Positions 9,042 to 20,234 of a DNA stretch of 64,000 bases are shown in pieces. Position 1 is the stretch's first letter, and every line of letters starts with the position of its first letter. The notes below the pieces were generated by a model. The model was not told the origin of the DNA, made no database searches, and saw only the letters and a list, made by a program, of their open reading frames with translations. A program made the translations under genes and the position numbers. This DNA is from an uncultured Methanosarcinales archaeon (lineage in GTDB: Archaea; Halobacteriota; Methanosarcinia; Methanotrichales; Methanotrichaceae), in contig CAWJKV010000002.1 in NCBI GenBank assembly GCA_963843555.1, positions 267,802 to 331,801 of the forward strand, read 5' to 3'.

Positions 9042-9599
9042 CTAACCGGAGATGCCGCGTACCAGATAGAGCAGATAGATCTCAGTTAAGAAGCTATCGA
9101 TATGGCTGTGACGATCGGTATATCTCTGGCTATCAAAATAGCTATCTATTTGGCTTCCGATATCGGTGTCGATATTGCCATCGATATTGCAGTCGAAATA
9201 GCTAACGACTTGACCATTGATTTTGCCATCGATAAGGCTATCGATATTGCTTTCCATATGGCCATTGACATGGCTATTGATATCGATATAGCTATCGATA
9301 TGACTCGTCTGGACTTGTGCGGCCGCATCATTCTCATCGAAGGCGGGAGCAATAGAGGCATGGACGAGCTTTATCAGATAAGTGCTGCTGGCAGGAACCT
9401 TCTCTCGATAGATGAGCCCGGAGTTCTGCATCCTGGAGACCAACTTCGAGCACTTGCTGCTGTCGATGCTCAAGAGTCGGCGCAGATCCGATTGAAAGAC
9501 GCCATCCGATCGTGAGGCTATAAGATCCAGTGCTCTCTCCTGCAGAATGGAGATGCCACTTGTCAGTACGTGCTCTGGCTTTTCCGACATTGCGACCAC
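9042..9599 (-). CDS. winged-helix (MarR-like) protein with internal tetrapeptide repeat expansion
   Basis: GVFQSDLRRLLSIDSSKCSKLVSRM HTH followed by an (I/F)D(S/G)x repeat tract. Confidence 0.75.
   Translation of the reverse strand: MVAMSEKPEHVLTSGISILQERALDLIASRSDGVFQSDLRRLLSIDSSKCSKLVSRMQNSGLIYREKVPASSTYLIKLVHASIAPAFDENDAAAQVQTSHIDSYIDINSHVNGHMESNIDSLIDGKINGQVVSYFDCNIDGNIDTDIGSQIDSYFDSQRYTDRHSHIDSFLTEIYLLYLVRGISG
9095..9305. repeat. degenerate 12-bp tandem repeat (ATCGAT-rich) inside the CDS
   Basis: Units such as GCTATCGATATG, GCCATCGATATT, GCTATCGATATT, GATATCGATATA. Confidence 0.8.
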
Positions 9600-9820
9600 G
9601 GGACCATTTATTAAAACTTAATTTATTTTGATATACTGTATTGAATTTTCATAGTATAAATCCTTTTTGACATGATACAGCTTTTTGTATTGAAATTATT
9701 GAAAAACATTCTGAAATAATGTTAAATTTTTCAAACTACCATTTATATTCAAATATTTGATGAGATATTCGACCCCATCCTAACTAGAATGGCTGCTGCA
9801 GCGGGAAAAATCATTAGAAA

Positions 9821-10630
9821 TTATACCGGGAATTGAGCCCGAATCTCCCGGCTTCGCATTATAGGCAGATCCAGTTCCTCAAGAATTCCCACAATCCTCT
9901 TCCGATCTTCTGAGCGCAGCGATTTGCGATCGATATAGGCACAGTTCGCGCCCGATTTGTTGCGGGCATCATCTATGACATCCCGATTTAATCCCGCAAT
10001 CTGGTAGGTGGAGAAGAGATGCCCAAATGCGATTGCCGACCCGAAGATAAGCTCTGTCTGCCTCTGCACATAATGCCCTCCGCCAAAGCCGAGGAACACA
10101 GGAAGCTCTTCAGGCTGCAGGGCCATGATTGCTCTGGCCACAGCCTCACCCGCTTTTTTATCACTCCATTGCTCTTTTGTGCTGCCGATCTCGGCAAAGA
10201 AGCAGGGCGTTTTCATATCCACCGGACCATGATGGGTGGCTTCGGCAGAGATTATGTAGCCCGGAACGCGCAGGGCCGCAATGTTATGCAGGAAGGATCT
10301 GAGACCAGCAGGCGCGGCCGCGGAAAGCCGGCTGTTGCCGTGGCCCTCCTGCAAAATTCCCGTGAAGTGCCCTCCAAACCAGGGTAAAGCCGCCTTAGAC
10401 TCGTGCCGGCAGGGAAATACGACCATCTCTGGATGCAGACCTAAATCTGTCAGTCGGTTGTCAAGGCCGGAAAGGGTGGACTGTCTCTCATCATGAATCA
10501 GCAGACGAAAGGCACCTCTAGTCCAGTAGCCTTCCTCTTCCTGCCAGGGCTTCAGCTCCAGCAGACGCTCGAAAATATTGAGGCTTGCCGGATCTGCCCG
10601 AGAGCAGACTATGGCAACCTCTCCTAACAA
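9821..10630 (-). CDS. dtdA: D-aminoacyl-tRNA deacylase (archaeal DTD2)
   Basis: DPASLNI, RHES, EATHHGP, FAEIGST and GFGGGHY motifs. Confidence 0.92.
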   Translation of the reverse strand: MLGEVAIVCSRADPASLNIFERLLELKPWQEEEGYWTRGAFRLLIHDERQSTLSGLDNRLTDLGLHPEMVVFPCRHESKAALPWFGGHFTGILQEGHGNSRLSAAAPAGLRSFLHNIAALRVPGYIISAEATHHGPVDMKTPCFFAEIGSTKEQWSDKKAGEAVARAIMALQPEELPVFLGFGGGHYVQRQTELIFGSAIAFGHLFSTYQIAGLNRDVIDDARNKSGANCAYIDRKSLRSEDRKRIVGILEELDLPIMRSREIRAQFPV

Positions 10631-10638
10631 GGCAATCT

Positions 10639-11706
10639 TCAGATCTCCTTGCCCACTCCCAGCATCTTCGAAACCATGGGTGCGTAATCTATCTTGGAGG
10701 CCTTGATCTCAGATAAAGGCATGATCACGAGCATGGGCCTCTCCGTGATCAGTCCCAGGGCGGAGAGATTGCGAAGCTCCAGATCCATGCGGCTCTTCAG
10801 CTCCGGATAGCCTGTGGACAGGAATGCGCCAAAAAGTTCGCCGGGCTGCATATAGCTGAAAAGAGGCGCCCCAATCTTGCGGAAAGCCTGGTAGACCTGA
10901 CTGAGGTCTTCGCGATCATGGCCGTGCCTGATTCGCACGTGATAGAACGACATCAGCTCGCAGCAGATCTTCTGCCAGTCGACATAGGCCTCCCGCGTCA
11001 GTAGACCGCTCTGGAAGAATTTGGTCCGCTTCCCTGAAATAGTGGGCCGGGATATGCCTGTCCTCCTGGAGAGCTCGAGGTCCGAGAGCATGGGATACTT
11101 CACAAAGGCATAAAGCGTCAGCTTGTCCTTCTCGGTGAGCCTTGAGTCTTCCGTTAGTGCCGGCTTGGGCGAAATGATCTCTCTGGGGAGATCCCCTCTG
11201 GCAAGATCGAAGAGGCCGTTCACAGCCAGGGCCGCATCAGCTGAGTAGCTGGAGACCTGGAAGGGATAGTGGAAGTAATGTATGTCCTCCACGAAATCGC
11301 TCCGGTAATATTCGTCGATGATAGGATCGAAGTTCACACGGAAGTCTGTCAGGCTTTTCGAGAAGAACGTAGAGACGGAATCGGTGTCTGTGGCAATGTG
11401 TGAGACGCAGTTGGGGTAGTCGATCCAATTCTGGTAGGATGATGACCCCTTCCTCACCTCAAAGGGCGCGGTTGGACTGTATTTTACGAACACTGAGGTC
11501 AGGATTTCGGCGCCTACAGCTTCTCCGGAAGGCACATTCAACAGCTTAATAAGTTTCCAATCCCTAAACTTTCTTTTGCTCTTGAATATCGTTGACCGAT
11601 CAACGCCTATGTTGGAAGCGAGATCTATGTCACTGAACCCCGGATATCTGGCAAGACCGTAAAGAACTAACCTCTCCTTTGATGTCAATTTTAGCTGCAT
11701 TCGCAT
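10639..11706 (-). CDS. transcriptional regulator with two tandem Lrp/AsnC-like HTH modules
   Basis: Internal duplication: LTSKERLVLYGLARYPGFSDIDLA versus LTEKDKLTLYAFVKYPMLSDLELS. Confidence 0.75.
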   Translation of the reverse strand: MRMQLKLTSKERLVLYGLARYPGFSDIDLASNIGVDRSTIFKSKRKFRDWKLIKLLNVPSGEAVGAEILTSVFVKYSPTAPFEVRKGSSSYQNWIDYPNCVSHIATDTDSVSTFFSKSLTDFRVNFDPIIDEYYRSDFVEDIHYFHYPFQVSSYSADAALAVNGLFDLARGDLPREIISPKPALTEDSRLTEKDKLTLYAFVKYPMLSDLELSRRTGISRPTISGKRTKFFQSGLLTREAYVDWQKICCELMSFYHVRIRHGHDREDLSQVYQAFRKIGAPLFSYMQPGELFGAFLSTGYPELKSRMDLELRNLSALGLITERPMLVIMPLSEIKASKIDYAPMVSKMLGVGKEI

Positions 11707-11808
11707 AACATATAGATGTCTTAAGTATTTATAGGTTGCCTATTCTTAGATTTCCGAATATATCCGTCCTGCATATACAAGGTATCACATGGCCAATTTT
11801 GCCAGAAT

Positions 11809-12456
11809 TTAATCCGTGAGCCCCTTAGCTGCACTCAGCCCGCCACGGGGTGTCCCGGCAGGAAGCTGAACATACATACTTTTGCATACAGAGAATGGAA
11901 AATCATGCCCGGGAACTACGATATCTGCAAGCGCTATAATTTTCTTCATGCTGGAGACGGCCAGGTCACGATCAACATGCAAAGCTGGCGGAATGTTTTT
12001 CTGGAAGTTGCCAAAAGTAGGGAGGGCATCTCCTGCTATTACTATTATTGGAGGCGTCTTTGCAATTTTTACGGCTTGAGATGTGGAACCAACGACGACG
12101 GAAAGGCTGTCCAGAGTGTGGCCGGGAGTAGCCATTGCCCAAACGCCCGGGCCAATCTTCTTCCTGTCTTGAGGGGCGAGGGCCAGGACCAGGATCTCTG
12201 CCCGGCTAAAGAGGTGGTTGTTGCCGCAGTGATCGGGATGCGAATGGGTATTCACAACAGAGTCGATCTCCTCCGGCGTCAGACGAAGCCCTGCCAACGC
12301 TTTCAGAATATGCTCCTCCTCTCCCTCCAGTCCGGTATCCACTACGATCTTCCGCGACCCACTGATTATAAGCGTCACCGAAGACCGGGCATCCAGGATC
12401 CTGCCTGACTCATCCCTCAGGATCGAGCCTGGCTTGAGAAGGAAGACTCCGGGCAT
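11809..12456 (-). CDS. metallo-beta-lactamase fold hydrolase
   Basis: THSHPDHCGN, TPGHT, AGDA and PGHD motifs. Confidence 0.9.
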   Translation of the reverse strand: MPGVFLLKPGSILRDESGRILDARSSVTLIISGSRKIVVDTGLEGEEEHILKALAGLRLTPEEIDSVVNTHSHPDHCGNNHLFSRAEILVLALAPQDRKKIGPGVWAMATPGHTLDSLSVVVGSTSQAVKIAKTPPIIVIAGDALPTFGNFQKNIPPALHVDRDLAVSSMKKIIALADIVVPGHDFPFSVCKSMYVQLPAGTPRGGLSAAKGLTD

Positions 12457-12481
12457 ATGATCCTAACTCACGTGCCTTCAA

Positions 12482-13825
12482 TCATGCAAAGTAGCGCTTT
12501 TGCAGCTTCTCGTTCAGCCTTTCCACCTGCAAAACCGCCGTGCCGATGTACTGGTGCGGATCGAGCAATGCCTCGATCTCCTCTGGCTTGAGATGCTTCA
12601 TGACAGTCTCATTTTCCAAGAGCACATCAGCCAGCTCTAGCCTCTGCTCGAAGGCTGTCATGCTGCTCTGGCGCATTATCTCATGAGCCTGCTGGCGGCC
12701 CACGCCCTTCTTGGCCAGCTCTACCATCACGTTCTCGGCCATATTCAGGCCGTGCAGAAGGGTAAGATTGCGTTCGATGTTATCCGGCCGCAGTCGCATG
12801 TTGGCCAAGGTGCGCGTGGCCAGGGTGATGAGATGGTCGGTGAAGATGAAGGCTTCAGGGAAGACGATGCGCTCGCAGCTGCTGTTGGTCAGGTCGCGCT
12901 CATCCCAGAGGGGGATGTTCTCAAAGGCAGGAAGCAACTGCGCCCGCACCACGCGGGCCAGGCCACAGATCTGCTCAGATTTGATCGGATTCCTCTTATG
13001 AGGCATGGTAGAGGAGCCAACCTGTTTTTTGCCGAAACCCTCCTCGACCTCGGCGATCTCCGTGCGCTGCAGAGTTCTCATCACGACGAATATCTTGTCC
13101 AGAGTGGATGCCACGAGCGCCATCCAGCAGACCATCTCAGCATGCCGGTCGCGCTGCACCACCTGATTGGAGACGTCTACTTCAGTGAGCCCAAGGTGGC
13201 GCATGACCCGTGTTTGGATCTCCATGCCGTTCATTCCAAATGCTGCCTGGGTGCCCACAGCGCCGCTCACTTTGCCTACGGCCGCGCGGGGCCGCAGCTC
13301 TAAAAGCCGTTCGATGTGGCGCGCAATCTCCGACGCCCAGATGGCGAATCTCAGGCCGTAGGTGGTGGGCACTGCAATCTGGCCGTGGGTCCTGCCGGCG
13401 CAGACCAGATTCCGATTCTGCATGGCCAGGTCGAGGAGCAGTGCCAGCAAGGCCTTCAGCTTGGGCTCGAGAACGTCCAGAGAGGCCTTAATTTGTAAAC
13501 CCGTCGCCGTATCCAGGATATCGTTGGAGGTCGCACCCAGATGGATCCACTCGCCATATTTGGGGCTCTCCTCAGCCATGGCCAGAACCGTGGCCATCAT
13601 GTCGTGGCCGATCTCGTCCTCGATCTGCTTGGCTCTTTCAGGACGGGTGGTCTCTGCCGCTTTGGCTATTTCTGCAGCAGCGCCCTTGGGGATCATGCCC
13701 AGCTCTTCTTCGGCCAAAGATAAGGCAGCCTCCACCCGGAAGAGACAGCGCAGCCGAAAATCCTCTTCCCAGATAGCCTTCATCTCCTTGGTGCCGTACC
13801 TGAACTCGATTGGATGAATAGACAT
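12482..13825 (-). CDS. purB: adenylosuccinate lyase
   Basis: Starts MSIHPIEFRYG (ATG 13825); GRTHGQ and the signature GSSTMPHKRNP. Confidence 0.97.
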   Translation of the reverse strand: MSIHPIEFRYGTKEMKAIWEEDFRLRCLFRVEAALSLAEEELGMIPKGAAAEIAKAAETTRPERAKQIEDEIGHDMMATVLAMAEESPKYGEWIHLGATSNDILDTATGLQIKASLDVLEPKLKALLALLLDLAMQNRNLVCAGRTHGQIAVPTTYGLRFAIWASEIARHIERLLELRPRAAVGKVSGAVGTQAAFGMNGMEIQTRVMRHLGLTEVDVSNQVVQRDRHAEMVCWMALVASTLDKIFVVMRTLQRTEIAEVEEGFGKKQVGSSTMPHKRNPIKSEQICGLARVVRAQLLPAFENIPLWDERDLTNSSCERIVFPEAFIFTDHLITLATRTLANMRLRPDNIERNLTLLHGLNMAENVMVELAKKGVGRQQAHEIMRQSSMTAFEQRLELADVLLENETVMKHLKPEEIEALLDPHQYIGTAVLQVERLNEKLQKRYFA

Positions 13826-13957
13826 GTTTGAGTGGATGTGCGAGGGGATTGATGGAACTTTTGGTTGAAGGAAGACATGCAGCAGCCACAACCAAGTCCA
13901 TTCACATGAAACTTTTCAGAAAAGAAAGCCGGCAATAATTGTAAGATTATGAAATAA

Positions 13958-14609
13958 TTAATGTAATATCTTCAACACTATATCATTTATTCCAAGCAAA
14001 AATGCACTTAAACTAGGTGACTTTGGATCATTGAGGTCCAAGTAGGGGGAAATTCGCTTAGCCCACTCGAACTTGTCAGCACCTATGCAATCTTCTGGCT
14101 TTCTTCCTAGAGCTTTAGCTAGATTTTCCCACGCGCCAATTATGCTATCAGGAGGTGATTTCGGAATTTTGTTTAAATCTACTTTGGGATAAGCTCTCTT
14201 AATCGCGGAGAGAATCTGCGATGAACCACGATTCAGTTTCTTCAACTGCAATCCTAAATAGAACGCAAGATGGTTTCGAATCAATTTTTCGATAAACATC
14301 GATTAAGTCTGATTTTAGATCTCTGCAGTTATCATCGTCTGCATCAACTAAAACGACTACGCAGCAGGGAACAGGCAGTTTCCCGAAACCTCTGAGCTTT
14401 GCCGGAAGCTGATCAAGCAAACCTCTATTCCGAGGATTCGGCTTAGAAAAGATATTTTCTGGAAGTTTACCTTTCCCTCTATGAGAATGGATTCTAAAAT
14501 TTATATCCTCCACTAAATTAAATCTGCGTTCCAGGATCTCTCTAACTGCCGGTACATCTGCGCCCCCTTCAACCAGAACTTCCATAAACATTAGGGCTTC
14601 CCCTTCCAA
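13958..14609 (-). CDS. TOPRIM-like DUF4276-type protein, frameshift near 14215
   Basis: VLVEGGAD, VVLVDADDD and IAVEETESWFIAD continue in another frame as AIKRAYPK...KSPSLSAF; start probably ~14591. Confidence 0.7.
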
Positions 14610-15817
14610 AATGATTGCTATACCATAAACTTCCCATTGTGATGCCCTCAGCGTACAATTCCCTAATGCCAGGAATATCTGCGGCTAAAGTCGCCGTACT
14701 GAAACCATCTTCCCCTTTTTCTAATATCCATACCTCGTCGGGTGTTAGAGCATCTACAAAATACGGAGAATGAGTCGTAACTACAATTTGTGGACCCCCT
14801 CTCTCATTATATGCATATTGCTTCATTATCTACTGCGAGAGGTTCCAGCAATTGGTGATGCAAGCCATTTTCCGGCTCTTCTATGCCAATCAATGGCGCC
14901 GGATCAGGATCTTCAAGCAGCAATAAATAGGCAAACATTTTAAGAGTGCCATCAGACATATCGAGTTGATAAAATGGATCTTCGTAACCGTGTTCATTAA
15001 ATTGCAGGAGCAATCTTCCATCTTTCTGCCGCTCATGCGTAATTTTGTATATTCCTGGAATTTTTTTAGATATACTCGCTAAGACTTGAGCAAATCGCTT
15101 CGGGTGTTGCCGCTCTATAAATTGCACATAATTGGCTAAATTGTCTCCTTTGCGATTCAAGTGCTTTTGAGCACCAGTCATAGGCAAGCCGCGCGCAAGA
15201 TCTGGAACAAAATAGGAGAGATACCAACTCTCTAAAAATTGACGAAAAGCTACAATCCGTGGGTGATCTGCTAGATTCCCAAGTGTAGTAATGCCTAAAC
15301 GTTGTCTGTCCTCTAATTTTACCTCAATTTTCTTATTTCCTTCTTCGTTTTCAGTGGCTTCACCAGCCCATGCGAAGCCTTCTCCCCTTGTCATTTCCAG
15401 AAATGAGTATGACTGACCCCTGGATTGACCTTTTCGTCGTTGTCTCAAACGCTCATAGGCTACAAATGGACGCCCATCATTTCCCAAGTCCATGTGCAGA
15501 GAATAACTTATTGGGCGACTGTTCTTCTCTTGCCTGTAATATATTTCAAATTTCATCGGTTCTTTCGTGCCTTTTGTACGAAGACGTTCAAATCCACCAC
15601 GATGAGGCAAATCGCAGGCTTCTTCCACTCCAAATTGTAAACAGTCTCCTATAAAGCCTAGAGCATCCATTAGAGAGGACTTGCCAGAACCATTTGGCCC
15701 AATGAAAGTCATCAAACGTGGCAAAGGTTTGCTTCCTTGATTCTCAAAAGTCCTGCCGATGGACAAATCCTTTAACGCCCTATAGTTCTGAACATGCATC
15801 CCTTCAATGAGCGCCAT
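14569..15817 (-). CDS. AAA_21/ABC-type ATPase, frameshift near 14828
   Basis: Walker A GPNGSGKSS, signature MSDGTLK, Walker B IGIEEPENGLH; TTHSPYFVD lies in the shifted frame. Confidence 0.88.
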
Positions 15818-16039
15818 TTAACTTCTCCTAGAACTGAACAATTCGGATCTTATCTTATCCTTGTGGACTATCTAATAACTTCTAATAAGGTATATATTTC
15901 GTTTTGCATTCTACACTTGAATTCCAGCTATAACCTGGCTTTGGCCTTGTTGAACTCTCTTGATGACGGCGCACGATCTGTAATTGAAGGACCGGATTTA
16001 AGTCCATTGGCTCTTTTTTCTCTCGCGGTAAGTCAGCTC

Positions 16040-16320
16040 GGCGATGTTGCCCTCAGGATGGATTCCATCGCGATTCCTCTTTCTGCTGGGCTCTTTCCGT
16101 GCGGATGGCCTCCACAACGACGGCTATCTTTGGAGCTGCTCCCTTTGGGATCGTGCCCAGTCCCTCTTCTGCCTAAGAAAGGGCAACTTCCACCGCACCG
16201 GGAAATCCTCTTCCCAGATGGCCTTCATCTCCTTGGTCCAGTACCGAATTCGATGGGATGAATAGACATGTTTATGAGGATAAAGCAGGGGATTGATGGA
16301 ACTTTTTATCTGGAGGAAGG
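16040..16320 (-). pseudogene. decayed second copy of the purB 5' end and upstream region
   Basis: AAATCCTCTTCCCAGATGGCCTTCATCTCCTTGGT...GGATGAATAGACATGTTT...GGGGATTGATGGAACTTTTT matches ~13525-13875. Confidence 0.9.
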
Positions 16321-16431
16321 GACGCCAACCTCTGCCTCGAAAATTCATTTTAATTTTAACTGAATATACCAGGTTCCGGCTTATTTCTTTGAATCAAGGC
16401 AAGCGAGGATTGCGGTAATCAGCCAAAGTTC

Positions 16432-16680
16432 TTACATGAACCGCCAGCAGTCAAATATTCGAGATTCAAAGCTCCAGTAGTTGTTATAAACTCCCTGGTT
16501 TGGATCGAAATTCGAACCCAAAACGATAGCGCCTGTTTCATGAGGGTTTAGGTTCCCGATAAGGCCATGACCGACATGAATTGGTGCCGGATGAGAGGCA
16601 CCAATCATAATTTCATCTTCCGCCGATGCCACCGAGAACAGATACATCGCAAAGATTGATAAAATGATTAATATTTTCAT
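16432..16680 (-). CDS. small secreted hypothetical protein
   Basis: Signal peptide MKILIILSIFAMYLFSVASA; 82 aa. Confidence 0.6.
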   Translation of the reverse strand: MKILIILSIFAMYLFSVASAEDEIMIGASHPAPIHVGHGLIGNLNPHETGAIVLGSNFDPNQGVYNNYWSFESRIFDCWRFM

Positions 16681-16689
16681 CGTAATCCC

Positions 16690-16812
16690 TCACGTAACCC
16701 TTTCAACTCGCCGGATGAATGATTCATCCTTGAGCCCGGAAATGGCAAGATATAACCACCACGCAAGCAGACCGAATACTGTAGCCAATGAAATTATGAT
16801 GTAAATGTCCAT
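16690..16812 (-). CDS. 40-aa single-TM peptide
   Basis: MDIYIIISLATVFGLLAWWLYLAISGLKDESFIRRVERVT with GGGGTGG upstream; 9 nt before the next gene. Confidence 0.5.
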   Translation of the reverse strand: MDIYIIISLATVFGLLAWWLYLAISGLKDESFIRRVERVT

Positions 16813-17225
16813 AACCACCCCTGCCATTCGATTTCGGTGATCGTCAGGAATTTTTATATGTGCAACTTGCACGTCTATAAATTAAAGATCTATGGCACAA
16901 AATATGTGTATATAGCACAAAGTGTGAAAAATAAATTTTATCAAATGTTATTGCAAGTAATTTTATAGAGTTAGGATACGCCATTATCCCAGAGTCAAAT
17001 ATTTTATTTATTTTATTCGAATACCCCGCAGCTTGCATCGGGGTGTTCCGCCGTCGTTTGACATTTGTGTCATACGATACAACCTTCTCAAACCAGCACA
17101 AAGCCTTTCCTGCAGAGCGAATAGAATCAATAATCTGCGTCAGAGGCTCACGGGTTCAAAGCCAATTATAAAAATATTCTATGACTCTGCATCATTCATG
17201 AGCCCACATTCCACTCCCGAATTAA

Positions 17226-19971
17226 CTATACTTTGAGACTATACTTCTCCAGGACCCTCGCTAGCTCTTCAACCTTCAAAGGCTTGCTGATGTAGTCATC
17301 CATGCCAGCTTCAATAAACGTATTCCGGTCGCCTTCCAGAGCATAGGCAGTGACGGCTATTATTTTTGGTCTTTTATCAGGCCATCGCTGTTGAACGATC
17401 CGAGTGGCTTCCAGCCCATCCATCTCAGGCATGCGGACATCCATCAGCACAAGATCATAAGCCTGGCGTTCCAGAGCCTGGCACACCTCAATACCATTAG
17501 CTGCCACATCTGCCCTGTATCCCAAACGCTTGAGCATCTGCAAGGCTACTTTCTGGCTTGATACATTATCTTCAGCCAAAAGTATCTTCATTGGATTGAT
17601 CTGGGCTTCCTCGTGGACTTTGCTTATATGTGCCGACTCCCGGGCCTCCTGTTGAAAGATGATGTTCATCAGGACTTTGAGCAAACGAGAGGGCTTAATG
17701 GGCTTGAACAGGTAGGCATCGAATAAATCAGGGTCGACACGCTGACCAATAGTTGTTAACACGACCAGTGGCATTGTCTTATCATATTTTCTGATTTTCC
17801 TCGCCAGAGTCACGCTGTCCATCTCAGGCATATTGATGTCCAGTATGGCAAGATCAAATGTGTCTCCTCGTTCTATCCAGGCGAGAGCATCTTTGCCTGA
17901 TGCTGCAATAAGGGGCGCCATCCCCCAGGAATAAGCGTAACCTCCCAGGATGTGGCGGTTGGTCCGGCTATCATCAGCTATCAGCACGCTCTTGCCTACC
18001 AGCCTGGGCTGAACTCCTGCAAGTATTTTTTGTCTATGCGGTGCAATCGAGGCTCGGATTGTGAAATGGAAGGTCGAACCGATGCCTGCCTCGCTCTCCA
18101 CCCAAATCCTGCCCCCCATCAGCTCCACAAGTTTGCGGCTTATGGCCAGACCAAGGCCTATTCCTCCGTACTTGCAGGTCACAGTCTCATCGACCTGAGC
18201 AAAGGGCTGGAATAGACGGTTCATAAGCTCCGGTTTAATCCCAATTCCAGTATCCTGAACAGCGAAATGAATCTCATGGGTGCCATTGAGTTCCTGGCCT
18301 GAGACTGTCAGCTTGACCTCCCCGTGTCCTGTAAATTTTACGGCATTATTCAGCAGATTGCCCAGAATCTGTCGCAGACGGGTCGGATCCCCGATGATGA
18401 ACTCAGGAACATCTTTATTGAAGGTATATGCCAGGTTTAGCCCCTTCATGGCTGCACTTGCAGATACCAGGTCGAGTGCTTCCTCAACATTGCATCGCAA
18501 CTCAAAGGGTTGCTCCTCCAGCACGGCATCTTCTCGCTCCATCTTCGAAAAGTCAAGGATATCGTTGATTATGACCATCAACGCATCCCCATTGACTCTG
18601 ATGGTTTCTATGAATTCCTTCTGTTCTGGGGTCAGATCCTCATCATCCAGGAGAATCGAAGTCATGCCGATGACGGCATTCATGGGTGTGCGGATCTCGT
18701 GGCTCATATTCGCCATGAAATCTGATTTGGCCTGGGCTGCAGCTTCAGCCGCTTCCTTTGCCCTCAAAAGCTCATGTTCGATCCGCTTGCTCTCGGTAAT
18801 GTCCCGGCCAACTCCGATAATGGCGATAACATTCTTTTGACTGTCAAGCACCGACTTGTCTGCCCAGGCAAGCCAGCGCCAGCCATCTTTTGTCATGGCT
18901 CTCTGTTCAACATAGCAGGTGTAAGGCGGCCTGTAGAGCTTTTCCATTTCCCTTGCCGTCATTTCTCTATCGTCTTCAAAAACGAGAGGCATAAACGTCC
19001 GGCCCAGCAGCTCCTCTTCTGTCTTTCCGAACAGATCGCAATAAGTCGGGCTGACAAAGAGGAACCTGCCTTCGGTATCTACTTTGACGACCAGGTCCGT
19101 CTGACCCTCAACCAGGAGCCTGTACTTTTCCTCACTCTCCCGAAGATTATCCTCAATTCGCTTGTGCTCAGTAATGTCCAGAATAACCCCCACAAGCCCG
19201 GACAACTCATTGTTGCCATTGGCGTAGGTTGACTTGTTGAAGATAACATCATGCCGTGTTCCATCAGCGTACCTTATTGAAGACTCATAGACCTGAACTC
19301 CGGGGTTATTGAATAGTGCTCGGTCCATCTCTCTGTATTTATCCGCCAGATCCTGAGGAAATATATCATGCACCGATTTTCCTACTATCTCATCTTTGCG
19401 TTTGCCCAAATACTTCTCGTAGGCCGAATTGCAGCCCCGAAATATTCCGTCAATACCTTTGTAAAAAATTGGACTGGGAATAGCGTTGATCAAATGCTGG
19501 AGGAAACGCAGGTTCTCATAAAGGGCTATTTCTGCTGTCTTGCGTTTCGTAATGTCGCGTATCGATTCTATGGCGCCTGCCAGATTACCCTCGCTATCAT
19601 AGATGGGCGAGGCCTTGCCCCAGAGATAGATCCCATCTGGCTTAAAGGATGGTATGTAAGTCTCAGCTACAACGACCTCACCTTCTCTTTGCCATGAGTA
19701 ATACGCCAACACGTCCTGATTGGCCGGCTGCAGGACCAGATCGATTAACAGTCGGCCTTCTAATTCCGTAAAATGGTAAGGCATATTCGTGATCGCCTTT
19801 GCCCAGAATCTCTTCAGCCTCGACTCCAGTTAAGACTTCCATTGCCCGGTTCCAGGCGATTACCAGGCCTTCCTTGTCTATAACGAAGGTTGCATCAGGA
19901 AAGAAGTCGATTATATCAGCCAAACATTGCTCTGAGTTCTTGATAACGAGTCCCGTTGCTTTTGCCAACAA
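17226..19971 (-). CDS. PAS-domain hybrid histidine kinase (3 PAS-HisKA-HATPase-REC-REC), frameshift near 19785
   Basis: [15 protein letters not shown]-box, [19 protein letters not shown] and two receiver domains; the first PAS is split across ORFs 19678..19971 and 17226..19784. Confidence 0.9.
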
Positions 19972-20234
19972 CCTGCACCCACCTTATCCCAGTTAAATAT
20001 TTGAAGATCTCATTAAAAAGGTTTGGGCCCAAAAGGTATCTCAGTCTCAGTACTTCTTGATATGAGGAATGATTCAAGCAGGGACAAATCCCCTGCAACA
20101 GAACCTCACTGCAATGTCCTTCTTCTAATATATTTTCTATCAAATGGCTCGATTCCCAAATCCCTCTCATCCAGGCATCTCCAGTTTTTATCTATTTTCT
20201 GAATATCTGATGAGGAAAGAAGGCAATTGGCAAT

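Noticed and set aside
9102..9515. Antisense ORF with IDIA repeats
   Set aside because: Open only because the repeat units are palindromic; the minus strand carries the HTH domain.
19990..20170. Possible CsoR/RcnR repressor remnant (IENILEEGHCSEVLLQ)
   Set aside because: Only one short motif-like stretch; cannot be supported without a search.
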